From NCBI RefSeq assembly GCF_033153115.1, contig NW_026889758.1, forward strand, positions 2,852,001 through 2,916,000: 64,000 nt of DNA, given 5' to 3'. The position numbers and the translations under genes were made by a program. Source of the stretch: Saccostrea echinata. Taxonomy: Eukaryota. Below the pieces are notes generated by a model, which had not been told where the DNA came from, did not search any database, and saw only the letters and a program-made list of their open reading frames with translations. This document shows, piece by piece, positions 1 through 10,846 of this stretch (position 1 is its first letter; each line of letters begins with the position of its first letter).

Positions 1-19
1 TTTGAAACATCTCTATACT

Positions 20-270
20 GTGTGGGTATTGGCCCTTGGTGCCAAAATGTCGCGGGTTCCAATCCACTGTGTAACGGGGAGATCGGTCCTTCGGATGAGA
101 CCGTAAAACCCGAGGTCCCTTGTCGTAGGTGCTGGCACGAAAAAATCCCTCACTGCTTTAAGGCCATAAGTGCCGAGTGACAGGTCTAAATTTGCAGCCC
201 TCCGCCGGCAAGTGGTGTCGTTTCAATATGAGTGAAAAATTCTCATTGACGTTAAGCAAACAAACAAACA
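20..270 (+). mobile_element. tRNA-derived SINE with Deu/Nin-type central domain and (AAAC)n tail
   Basis: B-box-like GGTTCCAATCC at ~56-66. Central CCTTCGGATGAGACCGTAAAACCCGAGGTCC resembles the Deu/Nin SINE core. 3' end is TATGAGTGAAAAATTCTC followed by an AAAC tail. The same 3' end recurs at ~31315-31423. Confidence 0.65.
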
Positions 271-571
271 GATGGCATACAAGAAGTACTTTTTTGCATT
301 TAATTTGCCTGTTCCACAGAATGATGTGCAATAATGTTTTGAGATTTAGACTAATTGATGCCAAGGGCTAAAAAGGGTGTTCCGAAATGTGTGTTGACAT
401 TGGAACTTCTCTACATATTACCCGGTAATAGGTAGAATTTCTATGCATATGATTAACACTTTTATGTTGATGGGCAAAGTTTTCGAATTTCTATTTTTCC
501 TCTAGAGCTCCTTTGAGGCTCAAAAAGATCTTGTTCCTTCGTCAAGTTTCTCAAAGAAATTTCACTTTAGG

Positions 572-583
572 CTTTCTAGCTCT

Positions 584-616
<33 letters not shown>

Positions 617-640
617 TTTTGTCCGTTGTCTGTCGTTGTC

Positions 641-672
<32 letters not shown>

Positions 673-697
673 CCAGAACTACTGGGCCAATTTTAAT

Positions 698-728
<31 letters not shown>

Positions 729-2430
729 GGGATTCAGGTTTGTTCAAATGAAGGGCCACGCCCCCCTCCAAGGGGAGATAATAACGAAATAGCAAAAAAT
801 AAATGGCATTATTGAAAAATCTTCTTCTCAAGAAATAATGGGCCAGGAAAGATGAAACTCATGTGGAATTATTGTCAGGTAGTGTAGACTCAAATTTGTT
901 CAAATCATGACCCCTCGGGGTAGGGTGGGGCCACAATGGACGATCAAAGTTTTACATAGGGATATATAGGAAAAATCTTCAAAAATCTTCTTCTCAAGAA
1001 CAGCAAAGCTATGATTGGTCATATTTATACGGAAGCATCCTCAGGTGGTGTAGATTCAAGTTTGTTCAAATCATGATCCCCGGGGGTAGGTTGGGGGCAC
1101 AATGGACGATCAAAGTTTTACGTAGGAATATGGGAAAAATCTTCAAAAATCTTCTTCTCAAGAACAGCAAAGCAATGATTGGTAATATTTAAATGGATAT
1201 TCCTCAGGTGGTGTAGATTCAAGTTTGTGCAAATCATAACCCCCGAGGGTAGGGTGGGGCCACAATGGACGATCAAAGTTTTAAATAGGGATATATAGGG
1301 AAAAAACTTCAAAAATCTTCTTCTCAAGAACAGCAAAGCTATGATTGGTCAAATTTTATGGAAGCATCATCAGGTGATGTGGGTTCAAGTTTATTTAAAA
1401 CATGACCCCCGGGGGTAGGTTGGGGAAGATTAAAGTTTTAATTAACATAGGAATATATATGAAAAATCTTCAAAAATCTTCTTCTCAAGAACAGCAAAGT
1501 TATGATTGGTAATATTTATATGGAAGCATCATCAGGTGGTGTAGATTCAAATTTGTTCAAATCATGACCCCCGGGGGTTGGGTGGGGCCACAATGGACGA
1601 TCAAAGTTTAACATAGGAGTATATAGGAAAAATCTTCTTCTCGAGAACAGCAATTTTGTCATTGGTCATATTTATTTGGAAGCATCCTCAGGTGGTGTAG
1701 ATTCAAATTTGTTCAAATCATGACCCCCGGGGGTTGGGTGGGGCCACAATGGACGATCAAAGTTTAACATAGGAGTATATAGGAAAAATCTTCTTCTCCA
1801 GAACAGCAATTTTGTCATTGGTCATATTTATTTGGAAGCATCCTCAGGTGGTGTAGATTCAAGTTTGTTCAAATCATGACCCCCGGGGGTTGGGTGGGGC
1901 CACAATGGACGATCAAAGTTTAACATAGGAGTATATAGGAAAAATCTTCTTCTCGAGAACAGCAATTTTGTGATTGGTCATATTTATTTGGAAGCATCCT
2001 CGGGTGGTGTAGATTCAAGTTTGTTCAAATCATGACCCCCGGGGGTAGGGTGGGGCCACAATGGACAATCAAAGTTTTACGTAGCAATATATACGAAAAA
2101 TCTTCTCAAGAACAGCAAAGCTATGATTGGTCATATTTATATGGAAGTATCCTCAGGTGGTGTAGAATCAAGTTTGTTCAAATCATGACCTCCAGGGGTA
2201 GGGTGGGGCCACAATGAAAGTTCAAACTTGTAGAGAAAAATTTCAAAAATCATGTAAGCATCCTTAGTTAGTGTAGATTTAATTTTGTTCAAATCATACC
2301 CCCCTCCCATTCACTTTTAGGGGTAGGTTGGGGCCACTTATGCATTTAAGGTTTTCAATACTAAACAGATTTTTCCTCTTTTTCTAGCCACAGTGCTCAG
2401 GTGAGCGATGTGGCCCCTGGGCCTCTTGTT
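572..2430 (+). mobile_element. Non-autonomous Helentron/HINE-like element carrying ~10 tandem copies of a ~155-167 bp satellite (Cg170-like)
   Basis: 5' TTTCTAGCTC..GCCGAAGGCTCAAGTGAGC hairpin followed by a GTC-type microsatellite. Tandem monomers (AATCATGACCCCC recurs at ~903, 1070, 1233, 1400, 1560, 1717, 1872, 2029, 2182). 3' GCTCAGGTGAGCGATGTGGCCCCTGGGCCTCTTGTT has a subterminal inverted repeat and palindrome. Confidence 0.8.
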
Positions 2431-3333
2431 TAGAATTAGATTTTATGGAATAATATTGCTAAAGTTGTAAATGTGTAAAAAGGTTGCCTTTTTTGCCTAA
2501 AACATCTGGTTAATCTGATTTAGATCTTTTGGCAAGTTTTATTCCAATAAGCTTTAAGTTGTTGCATAATTGTTTTGGATTTACACCTATTCTTCACCTT
2601 TGTGTTTCCATACATCTTTATGTGACGTCATAAATCAAAGGACTCTATAATTGACATCAGAAGAATAGCAGTTTATAAATGACACTAATAGTAATGTATT
2701 ATTTACGCAGCTATATTATGTAGGTACTTTATTCGAGACAATTATTGGACAAAATTTAACGAGTGGCTTTGAAGGTCAAAAATGTAAAACGTTAATAGTA
2801 ACGACAGACAGAAGGAAAATTTTTGATTCGAGAAAAAATAATTTGAACAAAAAAAAATTAAGGTAAAAGAAGGGAAAATTAAAGTAGGTCAAGATCATAA
2901 GGTTAACAGATTGGACATGTTTGGCAATAAATTAAGCAAGACAGAATTTGTTGTTCCAATGAGAAACGCTATATGGTGAAAAATTGAGGAAAGACGGACG
3001 AAATTTATCTAACATATGAGTCAAAAAGTGATATTTTGAGTTTTATTTTCAATATTCAATTCTTTCTGCAAATCTAAGCCCATCGACTGAAAAAAAATTT
3101 CCTTAAAGCAAAGTCATCTTATGCAGTGGAAAAATATAAAACCACGAAAATGACATAAAAACTTATATTACATGTATATTACATTTTTATCATCAATTTC
3201 TCTTTTGATAGAAAAAGAAACAAACAACTGTTTAATTATAATTAATACTTTAATAGTGTAACAAAGATAACTATATACATACATAAATATATATGATAGA
3301 AAACAGATAAAACACCAAAATAAATCTACACGT

Positions 3334-6300
3334 TTAATACTTTGACGTCCTGCGTTTTGAATACTGATTTATCTTTTGCAATGAATTTTGGAACAGCTGA
3401 CTTTGGTGTAGCACAGATGAACCAAAAATAACAGGTTGAAAATGTAAAGGAAGAAGAGGCTTCAGGCCCATAACATGTTTGTTGACTTGTTGTTGGATGA
3501 TATTAGGTTGCATAGGATACGGTGTGATAAAAGGTCTTATTGATAGGTTTGATGAAAATCTTTTTCCATACAATGGACGACTAGAATATCTGTTACCGTA
3601 AGTATTTTTATATCCATACCCCCGATTTCTTTTGTAGGGTAGATGAGGTGTAGTTCGGTAGCTGTGACCATAACCTGTTTTCTTATCATACGAATTCCTA
3701 GTGTTCAAACCATAACCATATCCTGGTTTTTTATCATATATTGTCTTCAAGCCTCGATATCCGTAACCATAACTATTTTTTCCGTAGCCATAATTCTGTC
3801 TTTTACTGTACGGATTCCTTTTGTAATACCCCTTATTAAGATTTTGTTTGTAGCTATTGGTCCAGGCCTTTTGTAAGTCGACATTCATAATCTCGTTTTC
3901 TAAGACATCATATGAAGACACTTTCTTTGATTTCGTTTTCTTTGGTTTGAACATAAAATAGAAATGCTGCTGTTTTTGTTTGGGTGCAGGAGCAGGAATT
4001 GGTTTGTTTGGTATATAAACTCTCGGTGTCGGTTCTGGTTTAGGAACAGGTGGCAGATTAATAGGGATTCTCCAAATTTGTAACCTCGGTGTTGGTTCAG
4101 GTTTTGGAGGAGGTGCAATTGGTGTTCTTAGAATTTGTAATTTCGGTATTGGTTCTGTTTTAGGAGGGGGAAGTGTGGGGGGAGGGAGAGTAAGGGGAGG
4201 GTTAGTCGGGGGAGGAAACGTTGGAGGGAATATTGGTGTTCTTAAAATTTGTAGCTTTGGAATAGGAGGGGGAGGGGGAGTTGTAGGGGATGGAGGTATA
4301 TACGTTCTATGAATTATTGTTCGAGACGGAGAAGGGGGAGGAGGAGGGGTAGGAGATGGGGGAATATAAGTTTTATGTACTATTGTTCGAGGCGGAGAAG
4401 GGGGAGGAGGAGGAGGAGTGGTAGGTGTTGGGGGAATATATGTTCTATGTATTATAGGAGGAGAAGGGGGAGGCGGGGGTGGAGGAGTAGGGGAGTGTAT
4501 TATCGGCTGAGGCGGAAAAGTGGGAGGTGGAGGAGGAGAAGGCGCCAGATAGGTTCTGTGTATTATTGGTTGAGGAGGATTTGTAGGGGGAGGGGGAGGG
4601 GTAGTTGATGGTACTGCATATGTTCTATACATTATTGGTTGAGGAGGAATCACTGGAACTGGAGTTGTTGGTTCGTAATTAATTCTGTTGATTTGGAGAT
4701 GATTGACCTGTAATGTTGGTGGGATGTATTCTATCGTATTGTCATCATCATTATATTTATGATAGATTCTACTTTCCTCTTGATATCTATTGTGATGTTC
4801 ACTTTCCCAAGCATGCTTGTCGAAGAAATTGCGATAATGGTTAACATTATTCTTTGGTGGATGTGCTTGAGCAGCGATGGGCAAGTGTTCTTCACTGCTT
4901 TTGTGGTAATCCTCAGCTGACGAGTAGTACTCCTGGCTGTAAGATTCAGAACTATCATCTTCCCACATATGTGCCATACTGTGACCAATCTCTTCGCTTC
5001 CTATTTCTTTACTTCCACTCTCCCCATCGCGTTCGTTTGATGTTGATGAAGACCTAATTCGAGACTCTGAATAAGAAGTAGTTCTTGTTATGCCTTTGTT
5101 ATGCTTATGATGTGGTGATAATGTCTCTTCACTACTATAATCGTCATATTCTTCACTTGCGCTCTTGTCATAGTTTATGTCTTTTCTATGCTTATAATGT
5201 GGTGATAAAATCTCTTCACTACTGTAATCGTCATATTTTTCACTTCCGCTGTTGTCATCGTTTAATTGGTGGAAAAAATCACTTCCTTTGGTTGATTTGC
5301 GATAAGCCTCTCTCAGCTTATTTGCAAATGCCACTGCGTCTTTTGCAACAAAGCGTTTGTTTTTCCATATACCCCCTGCTGAAAGGTTTTCCTTGGATTC
5401 ATCAACATAGTCATCACCTTCTCGACTTTCTCCATCACTATCAACATGTTTACCTTTATACGATGCAACAGTTGAGGGCGTTTTATTTGAGGAATCCTTG
5501 CTATATAGCTTTTTGTTCACCAATTTATATTTTGAAGACCGATCGTCATATTCGTCGACGTAATCTGGGGTATCCTCATATTGGTAATCAATGTCCTCTC
5601 CACTTTCGAAACTGTCGCCCTCTTCATCATGCCCAAAGTCTTTAACATAAAATGGTACTTTAAAGGAACCTTTCTTGTTCACTGGGTTTCTACTGTATGT
5701 CTTTTTATTAGGTACTTTAACCTTTGAAGACCGATCTTCGTATTCATCAACATAATCTGGAATATCCTCATATTGGTAATCAATGTCCTCTCCACTTTCG
5801 AAACTGTCGCCCTCTTCATCATGCCCAAAGTCTTTAACATAAAATGGTACTTTAAAGGAACCTTTCTTGTTCACTGGGTTTCTACTGTATGTCTTTTTAT
5901 TAGGTACTTTAATCTTTGAAGACCGATCTTCGTATTCATCAACATAATCTGGAATATCCTCATATTGGTAATCGATGTCCTCTCCACTTTCAAAACTGTC
6001 GCCCTCTTCATGATATTCAATGTCTTTAACAGAAACTGATTTCCCATAGGTAGCCTTATCATTTGATGTGCCCCTATCGTATGACTTTTCATCAAACATC
6101 TTAGCCTTTGCAGGCTTTTCTTCATTTCCATCGGTATAATCAGGGTTGTCCTTAGATTGATAATCATAATCCTCTTCATTTTCCAAGCTGTCATCCTCCT
6201 CATAATCGTACTTTCCGTCAATCTCAGTATGTTTCTCATTATAATGTTGGTTCGATATCTTTCTCTCAGGCTCGAGAGATGGCACTTCTTTTCTTTTGGT

Positions 6301-7629
6301 TATTTTGTCTGGGATTTGAAAACTGAAGAAATCTTTCCAGAGTAGACTTTCCAGCTTTCCATCTTCTACATTCCCTGCAGTATCAACACTACTAGCCTCC
6401 TTGTTTTCAGTTGCATGACTTGGTGTGTGATAATGATAATCGTGATCTGTTACTAGAGCGTGTGGTTCTTCATTTTCATTTATTCTCTTGTCTTGAGCAA
6501 CTGATTCAACTTGACTTTTGGGTATGAAATTCCATTTCAGGTTAAATAATTCATGATGTGGTTCTATCCGATTTTCGGGTTCCGATTTCCAATCAATGGT
6601 TTTTGATTCATGGAGTGGCTCAACATGACTTTTGGGTGCGAAATTCCACTCGGTGTTTTCTGGTTCCTGGAGTGATTCCATGGTTCTGTCGGGCGTAAAA
6701 ATCCATTCCGTGTTGTCTGCTTCGTGATGTGGTTCTGCCTGATTTTCGGGAGTATACATCCAATCAACATTATTTAGTTCTTGTTTCCCACCAAGTACCC
6801 TTATTATAAAGTCTGAAATATCATAATCGTCATCTTTTTCTTCTCTGTTTTCATCTCTTTCTTCAATGAGGTCTTCGATATCATCTTCGGATAGAAGTTC
6901 TTCATTTTCTTCATTCGTATTTTGTGAAATCCTTGTTCGAATAATAGGCGATTCGCTTTCAAATAAGCGTACAAAATTCAATAATAAACTTGTATTTTTA
7001 TCGCTTCCTATATTTACTGAATAATTTGCATTAACTGAAGAAAATTCTGAGGTGTTATTGACTTTTGTAGGTGGACTGACCTGTTCTTTATATTGTTTGA
7101 ATTTTGACAAAATATTTTGCAAAACTTTTCCTGGAATAACTTGAATTGTGTCATCTCGAGTGTCATTAATGTTTTCAGTGCTGTTACTCGAAATCCTTTC
7201 TTTTATCATTGAACGAAGTTTTCGTATCTTCTGCAGGAAACTTTGTATTTGTTTTAAGCGAATTGCATTGGTCTTTTTTAAGCGTATGCTATTATTCATC
7301 ATCATCTTTGGTTGTTCACGCGGTGCATCGTCTGCAGTGTTATTAAATTCATTATCAGGACTTTCTGCAGTGACAGATACGTTAAGTAAATGCGAATCCA
7401 ATGTGTCTTTTGACTGATTGAATGTTTTTACTTTGTTTACTTCTATCTCTGGATTTAGTTCTTGTGGGTCCGTAGGTTTTGCCTGCTGTTCATGCTCTGT
7501 TTTTGATGATAAGTTTGTTGGAAGTGTTGACGCAAACGCACTGGCTGTGGTTGCCGTAACCATGGTGGACGTTGGAGCGCCATCTACCAGGACTGCAACC
7601 AGCAAGACTGACGTAACAAAGCTCAACAT
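3334..7629 (-). CDS. Large secreted low-complexity protein (1431 aa), shell-matrix/adhesive-like: signal peptide, Trp repeats, acidic/basic 64-aa repeats, Ser/Tyr/Glu region, poly-Pro extensin-like region, basic Gly/Tyr/Lys/Arg tail
   Basis: 4.3-kb uninterrupted ORF in AT-rich DNA. The ATG at 7629 directly follows a splice acceptor (TTTCATTGCAG|ATG), so an upstream exon probably exists. Hydrophobic N-terminus MLSFVTSVLLVAVLVDGA. Internal repeats keep the reading frame (192-bp units). Stop TAA at 3334-3336. Confidence 0.88.
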   Translation of the reverse strand: MLSFVTSVLLVAVLVDGAPTSTMVTATTASAFASTLPTNLSSKTEHEQQAKPTDPQELNPEIEVNKVKTFNQSKDTLDSHLLNVSVTAESPDNEFNNTADDAPREQPKMMMNNSIRLKKTNAIRLKQIQSFLQKIRKLRSMIKERISSNSTENINDTRDDTIQVIPGKVLQNILSKFKQYKEQVSPPTKVNNTSEFSSVNANYSVNIGSDKNTSLLLNFVRLFESESPIIRTRISQNTNEENEELLSEDDIEDLIEERDENREEKDDDYDISDFIIRVLGGKQELNNVDWMYTPENQAEPHHEADNTEWIFTPDRTMESLQEPENTEWNFAPKSHVEPLHESKTIDWKSEPENRIEPHHELFNLKWNFIPKSQVESVAQDKRINENEEPHALVTDHDYHYHTPSHATENKEASSVDTAGNVEDGKLESLLWKDFFSFQIPDKITKRKEVPSLEPERKISNQHYNEKHTEIDGKYDYEEDDSLENEEDYDYQSKDNPDYTDGNEEKPAKAKMFDEKSYDRGTSNDKATYGKSVSVKDIEYHEEGDSFESGEDIDYQYEDIPDYVDEYEDRSSKIKVPNKKTYSRNPVNKKGSFKVPFYVKDFGHDEEGDSFESGEDIDYQYEDIPDYVDEYEDRSSKVKVPNKKTYSRNPVNKKGSFKVPFYVKDFGHDEEGDSFESGEDIDYQYEDTPDYVDEYDDRSSKYKLVNKKLYSKDSSNKTPSTVASYKGKHVDSDGESREGDDYVDESKENLSAGGIWKNKRFVAKDAVAFANKLREAYRKSTKGSDFFHQLNDDNSGSEKYDDYSSEEILSPHYKHRKDINYDKSASEEYDDYSSEETLSPHHKHNKGITRTTSYSESRIRSSSTSNERDGESGSKEIGSEEIGHSMAHMWEDDSSESYSQEYYSSAEDYHKSSEEHLPIAAQAHPPKNNVNHYRNFFDKHAWESEHHNRYQEESRIYHKYNDDDNTIEYIPPTLQVNHLQINRINYEPTTPVPVIPPQPIMYRTYAVPSTTPPPPPTNPPQPIIHRTYLAPSPPPPPTFPPQPIIHSPTPPPPPPPSPPIIHRTYIPPTPTTPPPPPPSPPRTIVHKTYIPPSPTPPPPPSPSRTIIHRTYIPPSPTTPPPPPIPKLQILRTPIFPPTFPPPTNPPLTLPPPTLPPPKTEPIPKLQILRTPIAPPPKPEPTPRLQIWRIPINLPPVPKPEPTPRVYIPNKPIPAPAPKQKQQHFYFMFKPKKTKSKKVSSYDVLENEIMNVDLQKAWTNSYKQNLNKGYYKRNPYSKRQNYGYGKNSYGYGYRGLKTIYDKKPGYGYGLNTRNSYDKKTGYGHSYRTTPHLPYKRNRGYGYKNTYGNRYSSRPLYGKRFSSNLSIRPFITPYPMQPNIIQQQVNKHVMGLKPLLPLHFQPVIFGSSVLHQSQLFQNSLQKINQYSKRRTSKY
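5430..6200 (-). repeat. Coding tandem repeat, 192 bp / 64 aa, ~3 near-perfect copies plus one degenerate copy
   Basis: GAAGACCGATC recurs at 5534, 5726 and 5918 (period 192). Unit EEGDSFESGEDIDYQYEDIPDYVDEYEDRSSKIKVPNKKTYSRNPVNKKGSFKVPFYVKDFGHD. Confidence 0.92.
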
Positions 7630-7865
7630 CTGCAATGAAATTTAAAAAAACATGTTTGAAAATCATAAGATTCGGTTGAGACGTAATCATTCATCTGCGA
7701 AATATTCAGATAGAATGTATCTATCACTTTTTAATTAAAATTACATTAAGCAATGCAAAAAGAAGAGACATATGATTAGAGTGGCATCAAGTTAAAAGCT
7801 ATTTTAGATGACAAAAATGATTAACTGAACGCAAATCAGATAAAACTGTATAAAAATGAAATCTT

Positions 7866-8036
7866 TAAAAAAATATTTAAAAATAAAAGTTTGATTATTA
7901 TTTAGTAAATGTATATCTGTATAACGGGCTCGGGGTTAGAATATTTTTTTTAAAAAATATTTAAAAAATAAAAGTTTGATTATTATTTAGTAAATGTATA
8001 TCTGTATATCGGTCTCGGGGTTAGAATATTTTTTTT
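7866..8036. repeat. Local tandem duplication, ~86 bp x2
   Basis: AAAAAATATTTAAAAATAAAAGTTTGATTATTATTTAGTAAATGTATATCTGTATA..CTCGGGGTTAGAATATTTTTTT occurs twice back-to-back. Confidence 0.85.
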
Positions 8037-10846
8037 AATTATAAAAATATCAGTTTCAAACATGCTTGTTGGCCATATGATCATCGATGTAATTTCTTCG
8101 CATTTCCAATATTTAAGTTTTATAATATTCGTTGCAATATGCTCTGGAATCTTTCCTTTGGGTACAATAATTTGTCGATCTGTATCGTTAACTTCTAATT
8201 TTATTCCGTTAAAGGCCCCTGTTATGGTTTCTTTGGTCAGTGTTTCAATTCACATGCATATTTCAATTACAAACGATCTGACAAAAGTTTATGAATAAAG
8301 TTAATGTATTTAATAGGACTAGTTTTATGCACTGCCCTTAAAAGAAAACTATGATGGGTTGGCCTTTCAGGAAAAAAATTAATAAACCAAAGTGACCGAA
8401 TTTTGATTTGTTGATGTTTTTAACCACACCTCTTTCTGAGACAGGTGAGTTGATTTAAGATTTTGACAAGTTTTCCGTCAGGTTTGACGGTTCATGATTG
8501 ACCCAGAAGTTCCGATTGAGTTATAGCTCCATTGCAAATATAATTATTATTTATTTTGAGAAACAAATCGTTATTTTTATCGGAGATATCATTTGCATGT
8601 ATAATGACCCATTAATTCTTTCTGATTTATGGCTTGGCTAAAACAAATCAGTATAGTATACCTCAAAAAGTACACAATTTAACATTTTTTTTTATAAAAG
8701 AAAGACGTTTAAAGTACGTTTGTATGTCACTATATCCATAAGAATTATTCAAAAAGTCAGTGTAGTAAAGAAATAAATATTGATATTGAGAAAATGTAGA
8801 TTATATGAACATAGAAATGGAGGGGGGTCAACATTATTATATGTATCTGAAAAATCATTAGTTTTTTGGGTGGTGGGGTGGGGGTTGATTGGTTTTTTTT
8901 TTTAAAGATAATACTATTTCTAGCATATGCTTATTTTAGAAGATTTTAAGATATTACTATGTATGCAAATTTATTAAGTTCAAGTTTTGAAGATATTTCT
9001 ATGCTAAGAGCATAATTATTTTAGTGTTTTAATGCTATTACTATGTAGAGCATACTTTTTAAAGAAGCTGTGAAGATATAAACTATGTAAATCCTTTTTT
9101 CACAAACAAGTTAGGTTGCTTTTATTTTTATCCCATTTTGAATTCTTAAGTGAGATGTAAAATCAAAATGATGAAGATTACGTTTAATAAGTATTAGGAT
9201 TTCTGCAGAAATGTTCAACACCCATTTACATGAACAGATCAAAAAATAAAGAAACTGCATGCACTTTACCAATTCAAGGATATTTTTTTAATATCATATA
9301 GAATAGTAGGCATTAAAGGTAAAAATATTTTTAAACTTATTTTGACTTACTGAGAATTGTGATGCTCAAGTTACATTTAGATAACAGTAAATTCCGTCGT
9401 GTAAGTGAGTTAACATTGTAATTTTTCAAAGTCAGCATACAATAAATACACAACATAGCCAAGTATTTTTGTTATAGAAAAAAGTTTGGACCTTAACATT
9501 TTCACCAATTTAAACTTATAAAACTACTTCAAGCTGAAGACTGACCTGTCTGCGTCCTCTGGTAATGACCAGTTTATTTTTAATCAAGTATAAAAAGTAA
9601 GTACTAAATAAGTATTTCAGTGCCACATGTCAAATATTACAACGAGGATAATCCAATATTACAATCGCATAATTAATATTGGCATCCTGCTTCAACGACA
9701 TATGACAAAATAAAGAATTTATTTATTTTTTTTTTTACAATTTTAAAGCAGTCATAATTATTACTTAATTGTTGTTATAGCAATGACATGCTGTAATGTC
9801 AAATTCGTGTGAAGTGAATATTCAAAACTGATATATATATTACTGAAGTACTATTGCTACATGTAACTGTTACTATGCATATCAAGCCCAGACATGTACC
9901 CTCTCCTCAACCTACTACCACCCTGGCGGCCAATTTTTCTGAAGATTAAAAGCTATTAAAGAACATTATTTTCTTGGATTTACTTTAGAGCTTTAAAAAG
10001 ATAACTTTGTTATTTAAATTTTAATTTTTAGGAAATAACTACTTAAATTTTAGTTGATTGCAATTACGTTTGTACTTACAATGAGTACTGAAAACGCGAT
10101 AAGTATCCAATATTTTAATAAATGGAATGGTATACCTTTTATAAAACAGTGCAGTACTTTTAAAAAGCTAGGAAATGATCACTGCACCGTGACATGTGCA
10201 GTTAATCGATCAAATCAGCGGAAGATATTTTTTTACAGTATCAAAATATACATTGTACATACCCTTTTGCCTGGAGTCCCGGTAGACTTTTCACTTCAGC
10301 AGTCCATTCATCAAATAAGTTAAAAACCAAACTCTCCCGAGTAAATTCTCCAGTGGCCCTGTGCCTTACATACTAATGAGAGAAGAAGGAAAGCTCTTCT
10401 GTGGTCACATTATTATTGGTGAATCTAATTAATACCAAATGATCGCCATAATTAGACATAATTGAGGGGGAAAGACAAAGATAAAAGGTTTCAAATGAAT
10501 CAGTTTTAGGATTTTGATTGGCAGTGAATATGGTTTTCAACTCTATAATAATTTGACTTGAATTTTAAATTTAATTGCAGTGTGTGTAAATATAGTAAAA
10601 ATCATGATATTTTTATTTATTATTAGCAATATATTTATTTAAGGCAGAGTGTAATTGCTGTGAATTTAAAATCGTCAAGCCCTGTTACATTTTGACACAA
10701 GTACAAACATACAACAGATGAAGGACTACCACTTTGTTTAACTCTCTAACTCTATAACATAAAATTAAATTAATATTATACATTTATAAAGAATAGATTT
10801 TATTGAAGTTTCTAAAAATGTGTTTTGCTTTTCAAAAGGCGTTATA

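Noticed and set aside
3643-7690. Many 60-190 aa ORFs overlapping the large ORF, including an Arg/Gly-rich protamine-like one at 4309-4608
   Set aside because: These are antisense or alternative-frame shadows of the low-complexity coding exon. The Arg/Gly run mirrors the poly-Pro codons.
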